The position numbers and the translations under genes are program-made. Shown one piece after another: positions 38,188 to 52,455 of a stretch of 64,000 nt of DNA. Location: NCBI RefSeq assembly GCF_009914755.1, contig NC_060935.1. One strand, given 5' to 3'. The notes beneath the pieces were generated by a model. It saw only the letters and a list, made by a program, of their open reading frames with translations. It was not told the DNA's origin and ran no database searches. Within the stretch, counting starts at the first letter, position 1. Every line of letters begins with the position of its first letter. The DNA is from the human T2T-CHM13v2.0 reference genome, Homo sapiens.

Positions 38188-39734
38188 TGACACAATCATA
38201 GCTCACTGCAACCTCAACCTCCCGGGCTCTGGTGATTATCTTACCTCAGCCTCTTGAGTAGCTGGGACTACAAGCATATACCACCTCAGCCAGCTAATTG
38301 TTTGTATTTTTTAATAGAAACAGGGTTTTACCATATTGCCTAGGCTGGTCTCAAACTCCTGGGCTAAAACAATCTGTCTGCCTTGGCCTCCCAAAGTGCT
38401 GGGATTGCAACTGCACCCGGCTGTTTTTATTTTTTAGAGACAAGGTCTCAGTACATTGCCTAGGCTGGTCTTGAACTCCTTGCCTCAAGTGATCCTCCTT
38501 CCTTGGCCTCCCAAAGTGCTGAGATTATAGGCATGAGCAACTGTGCCCAGCCTCTAATTAAGTATCAGGTTTTTTTAAAGCTAATATTTGTTGAGTCATT
38601 ATGTTCCATCAGGCATTGTTCTAAGTGTTTTACCAATATTAATTTATTTAATCTTCACTGTAACTCTGTAAAGTAGCTACTGTTATTATAAATGAGTAAA
38701 CTGAGGCATAGTTAAGTAACATGCTTACAACTGCAAAGTAGCAGGGACAAGATTTGAATTCAAGGCCGGGCACAGTGGCTCAAACCTGTAATCCTAGCAC
38801 TTTGGGAGACTGAGGCGGGAGGATCACTTGAGCACAAGAGTTTGAGACTAACCTGGGCAAAACAGTGAGACCTTGTCTCTAAAAAGAAAAAAAAGAAAAA
38901 AAAAAAAAGAATTTGAGCCAGAAAGTCTGGCTACAGAGTCTATGCCCTTAACCACTTCAGCAACTTTTGTAAACTCTCTTTAATAGCTCATATTTTTATC
39001 TTCTCAATGCCTTAATTCAGGTCATCATCATCCCCTCTCTCCTGGATTATGAAACAGCTGCCTATCTAGGCTCAGTAACCAATAATGGCTGAATGTTGTT
39101 TCTAAACAACAAGCTGAATGTTGTTTCTAAAGCAGGTATTAGATTATAACCTCCTGCATAAAACTGTTCAGTATGTCTCCCAGTGTCCTGAGATACCTAC
39201 TTCCTTTGTATGACACTTCAGACCTCACATGTTTACTAATTTCTCTTTTCCTCTCTGGTCAATACATGTTTTATAGTCTGCTCTAATAATAACGAACAAA
39301 CCCGTGGTCACATCTCTGAACCTGTATACGTGCTGCTGTCTGCCAGGAAAAATCCCTGCTTCCTCCCACTTGTTTGTCTTTCAGATCTCACCTAAGGGGT
39401 TATTCCAAGAAAAGTTCCCTAACCCTTGTCTCCCAGTCTCCTCAAGTCTGTGAAGGATGTTCCTTTTTTATCCTCCTAAGTCTGCCTATGACTTACCCAA
39501 TTATATTTTTAATATATTGCACAGTTACTTGAATGCACTGGATTTTTGAATGTCTTCCCCTTATAAGATTTCCTTAAGAAGAGGAACTTTTGTATGACCA
39601 CGGTAGCAGTGTTTAGCATACAACAGGCAACTGATACTTTTTTCTTTATTTGGAATTAAATAGTCAATCTCAACTCTGCACTTACTAAGAGAAGCAGCAG
39701 GCAAATCACTTAACTGTAGTCCTCAACTCATTCA

Positions 39735-39932
<198 letters not shown>

Positions 39933-40445
39933 TTAGCCAGGTGTGGTGGCATATCCCTGTAATCCCAGCTACTCAGGAGACTGAGGGAGGAGAATCGCTT
40001 GAACCCAGAAGGCGGAGACAGCAGTGAGCTGAGACCGCGCAATTGCACTTCAGCCTGGGCGACAGCGCAAGAATCTCAAAAAAAAAAAAAAAAAAAAAAA
40101 AAAATCAAATGAGACACTATACTGTATGTAATCCACAAACTGTAGAGTGGTATACAATATTGGTTATCATAATTATTTTTTATAAATGAAGACATTGAGC
40201 CCCAGAGAGATGAAGTTACCTGCCCATTTCTTGGGCCTTTATATATCAGGATCTACTTAGTAACTCTGACTCCTAATCTTGGGCCTTGTACATTATATAT
40301 CAGGGTCTACTTTATGCTGAATTAACATTTCCAGTGTGAAGTGAAGGGGTGGAAATAACCTATACATTTTTAGTTCTAGCAACAAACAACAAAAGTCATC
40401 AATTTGAAGATTAAATAAATTAAGCAGGCCGGGCAACGTGGCTCA

Positions 40446-40926
<481 letters not shown>

Positions 40927-41395
40927 CTAAGGCATGAGAATCACTTGAACCCAGGAGGTGGAGGTTGCAGGTAGCTGTGATTGTGCCACCACACTCCTGC
41001 CTGGGCAAGAGAGTGAGACTCTCAAAAAGAAAACATAATAGTATCATCTAACACATATTGTGGTTAGTATATTAAAAGCACTATTCTAAGTGCTTACCCA
41101 CATTAACTCTTAATCTTCACAACCATCCCATTGGAATATTATCCATGTTATATAGAATGTATCTGCTTATAAAACTTTACAATTAGATTCATTATTTAAG
41201 AGAAAGAAGCAAAGTCACAATTTCACTCTTGAAAACAGTAGTAATTGTCCTAGAAACAAACAGCCCTTTACCAAATAGTTTACAGTGGTCATAGGCAGTA
41301 ATATTTTGCTGATTTTGTCCTTTACCCTCTGGCTCTGAACTCATTTTATCTTATTCTATGGTGAGTTTTCAGTTGAATTCCGACCACTCTCTTAC

Positions 41396-41519
41396 CTTCT
41401 GCCTGCAGAAGGACATCACAGAACACATCACTCTGCTGCTGGTGATGAAGCTGCAGAAAAGCTAACCTGAGGAACCGGGGGTTCCTGTATAGGATTTTGG
41501 GACTGGCAGGAGAGCACAT
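41396..41519 (-). CDS. BTBD18: BTBD18 first coding exon
   Basis: MCSPASPKILYRNPRFLRLAFLQLHHQQQSDVFCDVLLQAE(G); donor G|gtaaga; phase matches next exon; upstream acceptor at ~41568. Confidence 0.92.
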
Positions 41520-41759
41520 GTTGGCAAGAGTCTTAACAAACCTTCTAGGTTTTCACAGATCAGACTCCTGTAGGTGAGATAATACATTTCAGAGGCATGG
41601 TTACATCTAATTTGTTTTTTGTCTTTGAAATGGCAGGGGAATTTTGAAAGTGAGAGATAATAGTATGAGTTGAGGAAACATCAGCCCAGAAATTGTGCCA
41701 AGGATATCTCAAGAAAGAAAATTATCATAGTGGTTACATGTGGGAGCTCAGAGATAAGC

Positions 41760-41980
41760 CTAGGTTTGGGTCTTGGCTCTATTTATTAGCCTGGCTGTAT
41801 AATCTCACACAGGTGACCTAACTTCTCTGAGTCTCACTTTCCTATCCATGAAATAGAATAATAGTACTTACCTTGTAGGGTTGTTTTAAAGATTAAATGA
41901 GTCAGTGAAGGTAAAGTTGCTTAGCACAGTGAGTGCCTGGCACAAAATAACTACCAAGCCCCAAATGGTAACTATTATTA
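41760..41980 (+). mobile_element. MIR SINE
   Basis: Core TAACTTCTCTGAGTCTCACTTTCC...AATAATAGTACTTACC...GATTAAATGAG. Confidence 0.75.
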
Positions 41981-42528
41981 TCCTTCAACCTTCCTCATTT
42001 CCATTACCACTGAGACTCAACTGCTACAATGCTGACTACTTATATTCTTCCTGAGCACCACATCCCAGCTCCACAGGTATAATCTTCAAGTTAACACTTT
42101 TAAGGAAACATTACTGGGTATAAAATTATCTCTAGTAAGTCGTATGCGCCTTTTCTCTGAGCTCACTGTATCACACTAACCAGCAGAGGGTGCACAATAA
42201 AGAAGAGAAGCCTCTGACTCTGCGGGAAGGTCTCTCACAGAACCAAGGACGTTGCCACCCTTGGCTGGGTGTACTTGACCAAAGCGAGCCTGACTGACCC
42301 TGGTAGTAGGCAAAGAATTTGGCCTTTACGTTTGTATAGTTAATTACCAGGCTAACAATGCAGCAAGGATAGTAAAGCATTTTACCCCTCCCAAAACAAA
42401 CTGAGTATTCTGACTTCAGGCTTATGTCCAGCTTTTTAGCTCCGAAACCCCCCCACTCACTGCACAGCTGTGTTCCTTTCCTGGAATGCAGTTTTCTATC
42501 AGGTAGCACTGAGGGTCCGAACAGTTCA

Positions 42529-42747
<219 letters not shown>

Positions 42748-43079
42748 TCAGCTACTCAGGAGGCTGAGGTGGGAGAATCGCTTGAACCTGGGAGGCAGAG
42801 GTTGTAGATAGAGCCACTGCACTCCAGCCTGGGCGACAGAGCGAGACTCCGTCTCAAAAAAAAAAAAAAAATTCCCATCCCAGTGAGAGAGATGTGGATG
42901 GAGGATGGCAGCTGTTGCAAGGGCCCTGGGGAAGCTTCTCAATCCACGATCGCCTGGCCTTGCCTCCAGACCCAACTTGAAATAGCTTTTCGGTAGACTT
43001 TGCTCCTGTTGCCTTCTCTGTGCTTGTCCTCTGTCCAGCCTGCCTTGCTTCCTCTCAATGTTCAGCGTTGAGTCAGGAG

Positions 43080-43620
43080 GCTGAGCAAAGATGCGCAGGT
43101 GGGCCAACGGCTGAGTGCTTCACCTCCCCATCCAGAAGCAAGGGAATCGGTGTTGGCGGAGAAAGCAGGGCTTCAGGGAGAGCCCTGCAAAGCGGGGTGG
43201 CCCGCACGCTTGGGCGCCCTGGCCCAACTCCTTTGAAGAAAGACTCCTAGGCGCGAGGGTTTCTGGGAATGGACCGTGGGGATCCGGGAGGCCCAAAGTC
43301 AGGACTTCCCGTCACGGCCACCTCCGCCAGCATAGACTTTGCAGGCAGCCCCTGGCGCCCTTGTATCCCTGCGGGCTTCAGCACCCACATGCACTGGGTG
43401 GTAGTGATAGCGAGGGTTGTAAGGCCACGCGGCCAGCGCCACACACCTCGTGCCACCGTCCTTAGCGCGCTGCGCGTCGCAGAGCCCTACGCCCCTCCTC
43501 CTCCCGAGTCCTCGGGCCTACGTCGTCCGGCATACGTCATCCCCATTGGCCGAAGGCTCCCGGGAGAACCAATCAGAACAGGAGGAGCGCTTTGGGCGGG
43601 AGGCTAAGTCTCGAGGGACT
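43080..43620 (-). promoter_or_regulatory. BTBD18: CpG-rich candidate promoter / non-coding first exon of BTBD18
   Basis: Non-repeat CpG cluster ~2 kb upstream of the ATG exon; CRE-like TACGTCA 43533, ATTGG 43545, CCAAT 43569, GGGCGGG 43594. Confidence 0.65.
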
Positions 43621-44182
43621 TGAGGGCTGAGGGAAGATGGCTGGGCTGCAAGAGGCAGGGGGATGGGCCCGTCAGGGAGGAATTCTTGTGAAAGCCGTCG
43701 TCTGCCTCAGCACTTGATGAAAACACACCGAAAAAGAGGGTAGGGATGCTGTAGTAGAGCAGGCGCCAAGGCGGTTAAGGGTCATGTCCGTCTTCCCTTT
43801 GAAGAGGCAGTAGATGCCCTTGGCTCTGCCTGGAGCGCTCCATGTTTCGTGATGGAAGTCTCTGGATGGCTCTGGTAACACCGGGTCCCCCATATGGCTA
43901 ATTTAGAAATCTCCTAAGACCAGAGATGTTATGGAATAAGGTCCTTGGGCAGTTTCTGAATTCAGTTTCTTCACTGATTCCGCTCCAACCCCAAATCTTG
44001 GAGAACTAATGACCCAGGGGTTTTGCAGAAAATCCCCCCCCCCCGCCCCCGCGAACGGTCTCCATTATCGTTACAGAGATGATTTTTTTAAAAAATGTTA
44101 ATTAGGCCTGGCGCGGTGGTTCACGCTTGTAATCCCAGGACTTTGGGAGGCTGAGGGGGGCGGATCACGAGGTCAGGAGTTA

Positions 44183-44404
<222 letters not shown>

Positions 44405-44425
44405 TTAATGTTGCCCAGGATGTGA

Positions 44426-44683
<258 letters not shown>

Positions 44684-44858
44684 TAGCTGGGATTACAGGC
44701 ATATGCCACCATGCCCAGCTAAGTTTTGTATTTTTAGTAGAGCCAGGGTTACACCATGTTGGCCAGGCTGGTCTCGAACTCCTGACCTCAGGTGATCCAC
44801 CCACCCTGGCCTCCCAAAGTGCTGGCATTACAGGCGTGAGCTACCGCACTTGGACTGA

Positions 44859-45356
44859 TTTTCTTTTTCTTCTTCTCTTTCTTTTTCCCCTTCCCTCCCT
44901 CCCTCCCTTGTTTCCTTCCTCCTTTCTTTCTCTTGTTCTCTTCTCTTTCTTTTCTTTTCCCTTCCCTCCTTCCCTCCCTCCCTTCCTCCCTTCCTTCTTT
45001 CTGTCTTTCTTTTGTTTGCTTTGTTTCCTTTCTTTTTCCTCCCTCCCTTCCCCTCCCCTCCCCCTCCCTCCCTCCCTCGCTCCCTTCCTTCCTTCTGTCT
45101 TTCTCTTGTTCGCTTTCTTTCCTTTTTTTTTCTTTTCCCTCTCTCCCTTCCCCTCCCCTCCTCCTCCCTCCCTCCCTCCCTTCCTTCTTTCTCTTGTTCG
45201 CTTTCTTTCCTTTCTTTTTCTTTTCCCTCCCTCCCCTCCCCTCCTCTGCCCCCTCCCTCCCTTCCTTCTTTTTTTTCTTCTTTCTTCTGTGTGTTCTTTC
45301 TTTCGTTCATTCTTTCTTTCATTCTTTAGCTGTTTTTGTTCTTTTTTTTCTTTTTT
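44859..45356. repeat. ~500-bp polypyrimidine low-complexity tract
   Basis: Almost purely C/T on + strand, CCCT/CCTT/CTTT units. Confidence 0.95.
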
Positions 45357-45436
45357 AAAAGAGAGACAGGGTCGGCCAGGCGCGGTGGCTCACGCCTGTA
45401 ATCCCAGCACTTTGGGAGGCCGAGGCAGGTGGATCA

Positions 45437-45685
<249 letters not shown>

Positions 45686-46739
45686 CTATGTTGCCCGGGC
45701 TGGTCTCAAACTCCTGGGCTCACTCGATCCTCCCACCTTGGCCTCCCAAACTGCTGTCATTACAGGCATAAGCCACCGAGCCCAGACCAGAGACAATTTA
45801 TTTAGCCTAGTTCCTGACTGGAATCAGCTGTTTTCAGGGATGATACTAAAAATTAAATTATCTCAAGATTTTTTTTTTTTTTTTTTTTTTGAGACAGAGA
45901 CTCCCTCTGTTGCCCAGGCTGGAGTGCAGTGGCACCATCTTGGCTCACTGCAACTTCCGCCTCCTGGGTTCAAGCAATTCTCCAGCCTCCAAGTAGCTGG
46001 GATTACAGGCATTCACCACCATGCCCAGCTAATTTTTGTATTTTTAGTAGAGATAGGGTTTCACCATGTTGGCCAGGCTGGTCTCAAACTCCTGACATCA
46101 GGTGATCCGTCCGCCTTGGCTTCCCAAAGTGCTAGGATTACAGGCATGAGCTACTGTGCCTGGCCTAATTATCTCAAGATTAAATATTTACAGAGAATGC
46201 CAACCCATGGTATAATTCTGGACAGCAGTTCTTTCCCCTGTGTATGTTAGGACCTGGGCCGTGGCTTCAGTTATTGCCCCTCAGTAGATGCTCTGTGATG
46301 TCTAGCTCTGGGTGAGAATGGCTGAATCCAAAGCCGCTGGTGACAAAGTGGGGTGAATTGAAATGAACCAGCTCCCACTGAGGCCAACTGGAGGTAGAAA
46401 GGAAGAAAAATGCCTAAGACAAGGGGAACGTGCAAAGGGACAAAACATAGAGGGGTGAGGGTACAGTGTGCCCAAATGTCTTTATTGATATCTAACACCT
46501 TTTCAAAAAGGATTTGAGGTTGTTGGTGGAAATGGTGGTGTGGGGAGTGCATTTCCAAGTCAAGTACTATTTCCCCTATGCTGAGGCCTGTGATGTTGAG
46601 ATGGAGAAAGAAACAAAGAACAGAAAACATTTTTGGTTGCCGTTGTCTTACTTTGAAGAAGAAGCAATTAGTGAAAGACATAAAACTTAGCAGAAGGAGA
46701 ACAGATTTTAGATGTTGTCAGTAGCAGCAACAACAGCAC

Positions 46740-46740
<1 letters not shown>

Positions 46741-46768
<28 letters not shown>
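46741..46768. repeat. (AC)14 microsatellite
   Basis: Direct reading. Confidence 0.9.
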
Positions 46769-46770
<2 letters not shown>

Positions 46771-47547
46771 AAACAAGCAAGGAAAACAAAAGAGAAGGCA
46801 GAACAACCCTTGTTTATGGCATCTGTTACTATAGAATCAGGACTTGATTGGGCAGGTAGAGTACCAGTATAGATGATTCTGTGGAGGTGTAAGGAAATTA
46901 TAAATGTATGTCTTCTCATTAATATATTGCCATGATGATTAAATTAATTTTCAAGAAGTGGAGAGGACTTCTTATTTTTTTAATCTAACATCATTTTAGT
47001 TAAATCTTGTGTTGGTAGAATTTCTTAATGCAGTCAAGGTGGCTCAGGCTGGTAATCCCAGCACTTTGGGAGGCTGAGGCAGGCAGATCACTTGAGGTCA
47101 GGAGTTTGGGACCAGCCTGGCCAACATGGCAAAACCCTGTCTTTACTAAAAATACAAAAATTAGCCAGACATGGTGGTGGGCACCTATAATCCCAGCTAC
47201 TCGGGAGGCTGAGGCAGGAGAATTGGCATGAGCCCAGTAGGCGGAGGTTGCAGTGAGCTGACATCACACCACTGCACTCCAGCCTAGGCAACAGAGCAAA
47301 AAAAAAAAAAAAGATAAAAAGAACTTCTAAAGGGATTGATAAATGGCCATCCTATCCAGGGCTTCAAAAATGACAAACTTTGATTGTAATGTGTAACCAC
47401 CAGAGGGTGGAAAGGAGTAAAAATATTTTGTTTTTCTTTGTATGGATAACCAGTGGGGTTTTTGGAGTTGAATTTTTAAAATTTCTTCTTGGCATTTATA
47501 GTTTTAGCCTATTTTATTTTATTATTTATTATTTTATTTATTTTTGA

Positions 47548-47760
<213 letters not shown>

Positions 47761-48227
47761 TGATCCACCTGCCTTGACCTCCCAAAGTGCTGGGATTAGA
47801 GGTGTGAGCTACTGCACCCAGCCTTATTTTATTTTTGAGACAGGGTCTCACTTTGTGGTCACCTAGGCTGGAGTGCAGTGGCACAAACACAGCTCACTGC
47901 AGCCTTGAACTCCTGGGCTTAAGCAATCCTCCTACCTCAGCCTCCCAAATTAGCTGGGACCACAGGTATGCACCACTATGCCCCGCGTGTATTTTTAGTA
48001 GAGAAGGGGTTTCACCATGTTGGCCATGTTGGTCTCGAACTCCTGACCTGAAGTGATCCACCTGCCTTGGCCTCCCAAAGTGCTGGGATTACAAGCATGA
48101 GCCATCACACCCGGCCTATTTTAAATGTTCATTAATTTTAAATACCTTGACCAGGCATATATAACTAGCAAGCTAAGAGACTTTATTCACTCATTTAGTT
48201 GTTGCTAAATATGAGTTACAAGGTTGA

Positions 48228-48449
<222 letters not shown>

Positions 48450-50089
48450 TAGTAGAGACGGGGTTTCACCATGTTGACCAGGCTGGTCTTGAACTTCTGA
48501 ACTCGTGATCTGCCTGCCTTGGCCTCCCAAAGTGCTGGGATTACAGGCGTTGAGCCACTGCGCCCAGCCCATGGAGCTTATCTTCTGATGGGGGAGACAG
48601 AAGTATACATACACACAAATGAAAACAAAAGAAAAAGGAAGACAAAATACTTGCAAGTTGTGAGCAGTGATGTCTTCAACAAACAAGACCAATCTGTCTG
48701 TAGAAAATCATGTAACATTCTAGTATGTGGCTTTGATCTCGGAATCAGTGAATCAACAAACATTTTTGGGCTGGTTGTTTTCCTTTGGTGATTATCTTTG
48801 GCTTTTGAACTTGCTATGGAGGACTAGGAATTGATGGGGAATAGAGGTAGAAAATGTGATAAAAGGAGAAGATTTTTAGGTAATGAGGCTTAAAGGCTGT
48901 TCATATCTTTGTTATAATGTATTCATTTTCAGCTGTAGTTTATTTAAAGCCCATCAAACAAGTGCTGTAATGCATGTTTGGTTTTTCAACACTTCTGAGG
49001 AAAGTCCTTTTTGGCCACTATAGACCAAATATAGGTCTATGAGACTATAGACCATATATATAAGGGAGTGGATAATGACTACATCAGCATGATTAAAAGC
49101 ACATTCATGCTGAGTTGTTGAATTCTAGTTTATCTAGGTAAAGAAAGGTCAGATTATGGTTGATAATGTGTTACTTTAATGTACTGAATGAATAAATGTG
49201 GTGCCTTCAAAGCAGATGATAGTCCCCTACCATCCCAGTCAACATACAGTAGTCCTGTTTCTAGGATTTCTCTTGACCTTTATCTTGACCATAGTGTAAC
49301 GTAATAGAAAGAGCATGGGCTGTGGAGTGAGACTGGTGAGGGTTCACTTAGCCAGATGAGATCAGGCAAATTTCTTCACCTTATTGGACCTTGATTTCCT
49401 CATCTGTAGAATGGTTGTAGTACTATTTCTGTGGTCATGTTTTAGAAGTTTGAAGTACTGAGCTCAAAATACCTCTTACATGGTAGACACTTCATCATTG
49501 GTTGCTATTATTGGGCAGTGGCTCACCACTGCAAGTTTTTGGGCAGGGTAGTTACTGAATAATAAAAATAATGATAATGCATTCTTAGTGAGTTTATACT
49601 ACATGCCATACATTAAGAACTTTTGTTTTGAACCGGAGTCTCGCTCTGTTGCCCAGGCTGTAGTGCAGTGACACGAGCTCAGCTCACTGCCTCCCGGGTT
49701 CAAGCGATTTTCCCACCTCAGCATCCTGGGTAGCTGGGACTACAGGTGTGCGCCACCACGCTTGGCTAATTTTTGTATTTTTAGTAGAGACGGGATTTTG
49801 CCCTGTTGGCTAGGCTGGTCTGGAACTCCGGAGCTCAGGTGATCCGCCTGCCTCGGCCTCCTAAAGTGCCAGGATTACAGGCTTAAACTACGGTGCCTGG
49901 CCCAAAGAACTTTTTGTGTATTTTAATTCCCACAACAGTCTTGTGAGAGAGATATAGTTATCTCCATTTTATAGTTAAGGAAACTGAGGTTCAGATTATT
50001 TAATTTGGGTCAAGGTCACATAATAGTACATATATTTGAGTAAGTGTACTTACTTACAGAGGTGGAGTTTGAAGCTAGGCAGTTTGTGA

Positions 50090-50354
<265 letters not shown>

Positions 50355-50772
50355 TGATCCACCCACCTCGGCCTCCCAAAGCTCTGGGATTACAGGTGTG
50401 AGCCACTGTGCCCAGCCAAGGTTTCGTATTTCTATTCTAGATTTTGATAACTTGATGAAGACTCATTTGGCAGCAGTCTATAGGGTAAGTTTTAGATTAG
50501 TAAGAAAGAAGAAGGAAATCTTTGATTCATCATTGTCTTTGTTTTAGTAATCAGGGAATAACCATAAAATGCTAATCTTTGTCAAGCATGTTAAAAAAAA
50601 AATCCAGCCTCTGTCCATCATGGTCTAACAGTTTAAAAATATGTCCTAACTCAGAAAAATAATACCCCAATAATCCTTTATTTAGGTCAAATGTAAAAAG
50701 AGAATGTATAAGCTAGATCATCTTAAGCTTGAAGTTCACAAAGAAATAAAATGTTCTTTTTTTTTTTTTTGA

Positions 50773-51069
<297 letters not shown>

Positions 51070-51269
51070 TGAGATTTACTTTCTTTACCTATGCTGTTAT
51101 TCCCTCTAAATATATTGCTTGTTTATTGGATTTCATTTCCTCTTTCCAACAAACCCACATTATTTTGATTTGGGGACAAATTGGGAAGACAGTGATTTTC
51201 TTTAACAGCCCAGTGGATTCTGCTTCCTTCTAATTCAAAGTATGGAGATTAAAACTGTTAACAAGTCTA

Positions 51270-51641
<372 letters not shown>

Positions 51642-51879
51642 CTACCATCCCAGTCAACATATAGTAGTCCTGTTTTTAGGATTTCTCTCTCCTTTCTTTC
51701 CCGTCTTCCTTTAGGGAAATGCTTTGGGGTAGGAAGCAACAAACCAAACAGCAGCAGGCAAGTAAAATCAGCTCTTTTCTATTTCCCCACTGGGATAGTA
51801 CAGAAGAGGGAGCAAGAACTCATCATCAAAGAGAACTGAGACTTAGGCGTACCATTCTAAAAAGCCCTTGTTCCTTGTC

Positions 51880-52130
51880 TCCCTTGCCTCTCCCGCCCCC
51901 CTCAGCTCTGCAGTAATTCCTCAGAGATTGTACAGTCTCTCCACTTTAAATATAAATATATAAATATAAATATATATATGTATAAACTTCCCCTTGTCTT
52001 TCTCTCCTCTCTTTTTTTTAATTTTCTATAATAAAGTTTCCTATTGGATAAGGTCAGCTCCCTGATTTATGCCTGGTTCCTATTGGAAGCTCACAGGGGC
52101 TGACATCACTTAGGAAAGCGAAGGGGGTAG
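51880..52130 (+). promoter_or_regulatory. CTNND1: CTNND1 proximal promoter
   Basis: GC box CCCGCCCC ~51892, two CCTATTGGA inverted CCAAT boxes (52043, 52082), CRE/AP-1-like TGACATCA 52101. Confidence 0.6.
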
Positions 52131-52455
52131 GGCTGCCAGATCAGTTTGTCACCACCCAGGCTCCCTTGCCTTTGGCTGGGTGCAACTTCCATTTTAGGTG
52201 TTGGATCTGAGGGGGAAAAAAAAGAGAGAGGGAGAGAGAGAGAAAGAAGAGCAGGAAAGATCCCGAAAGGAGGAAGAGGTGGCGAAAAATCAACTGCCCT
52301 GCTGGATTTGTCTTTCTCAGCACCTTGGCGAAGCCTTGGGTTTCTTTCTTAAAGGACTGATTTTTAGAACTCCACATTTGAGGTGTGTGGCTTTTGAAGA
52401 AAATGTATGTACTGACGGGAAAAGGAGGATAAGCAAGTCGAATTTTTGTCTTACG
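52131..52455 (+). other. CTNND1: CTNND1 (p120 catenin) non-coding exon 1; intron 1 runs to the window end
   Basis: Recognised GA-rich 5'UTR sequence ending TTACG|gtaacc donor; gene order; no coding exon is in the window so identity rests on recall, and the start is approximate. Confidence 0.75.
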
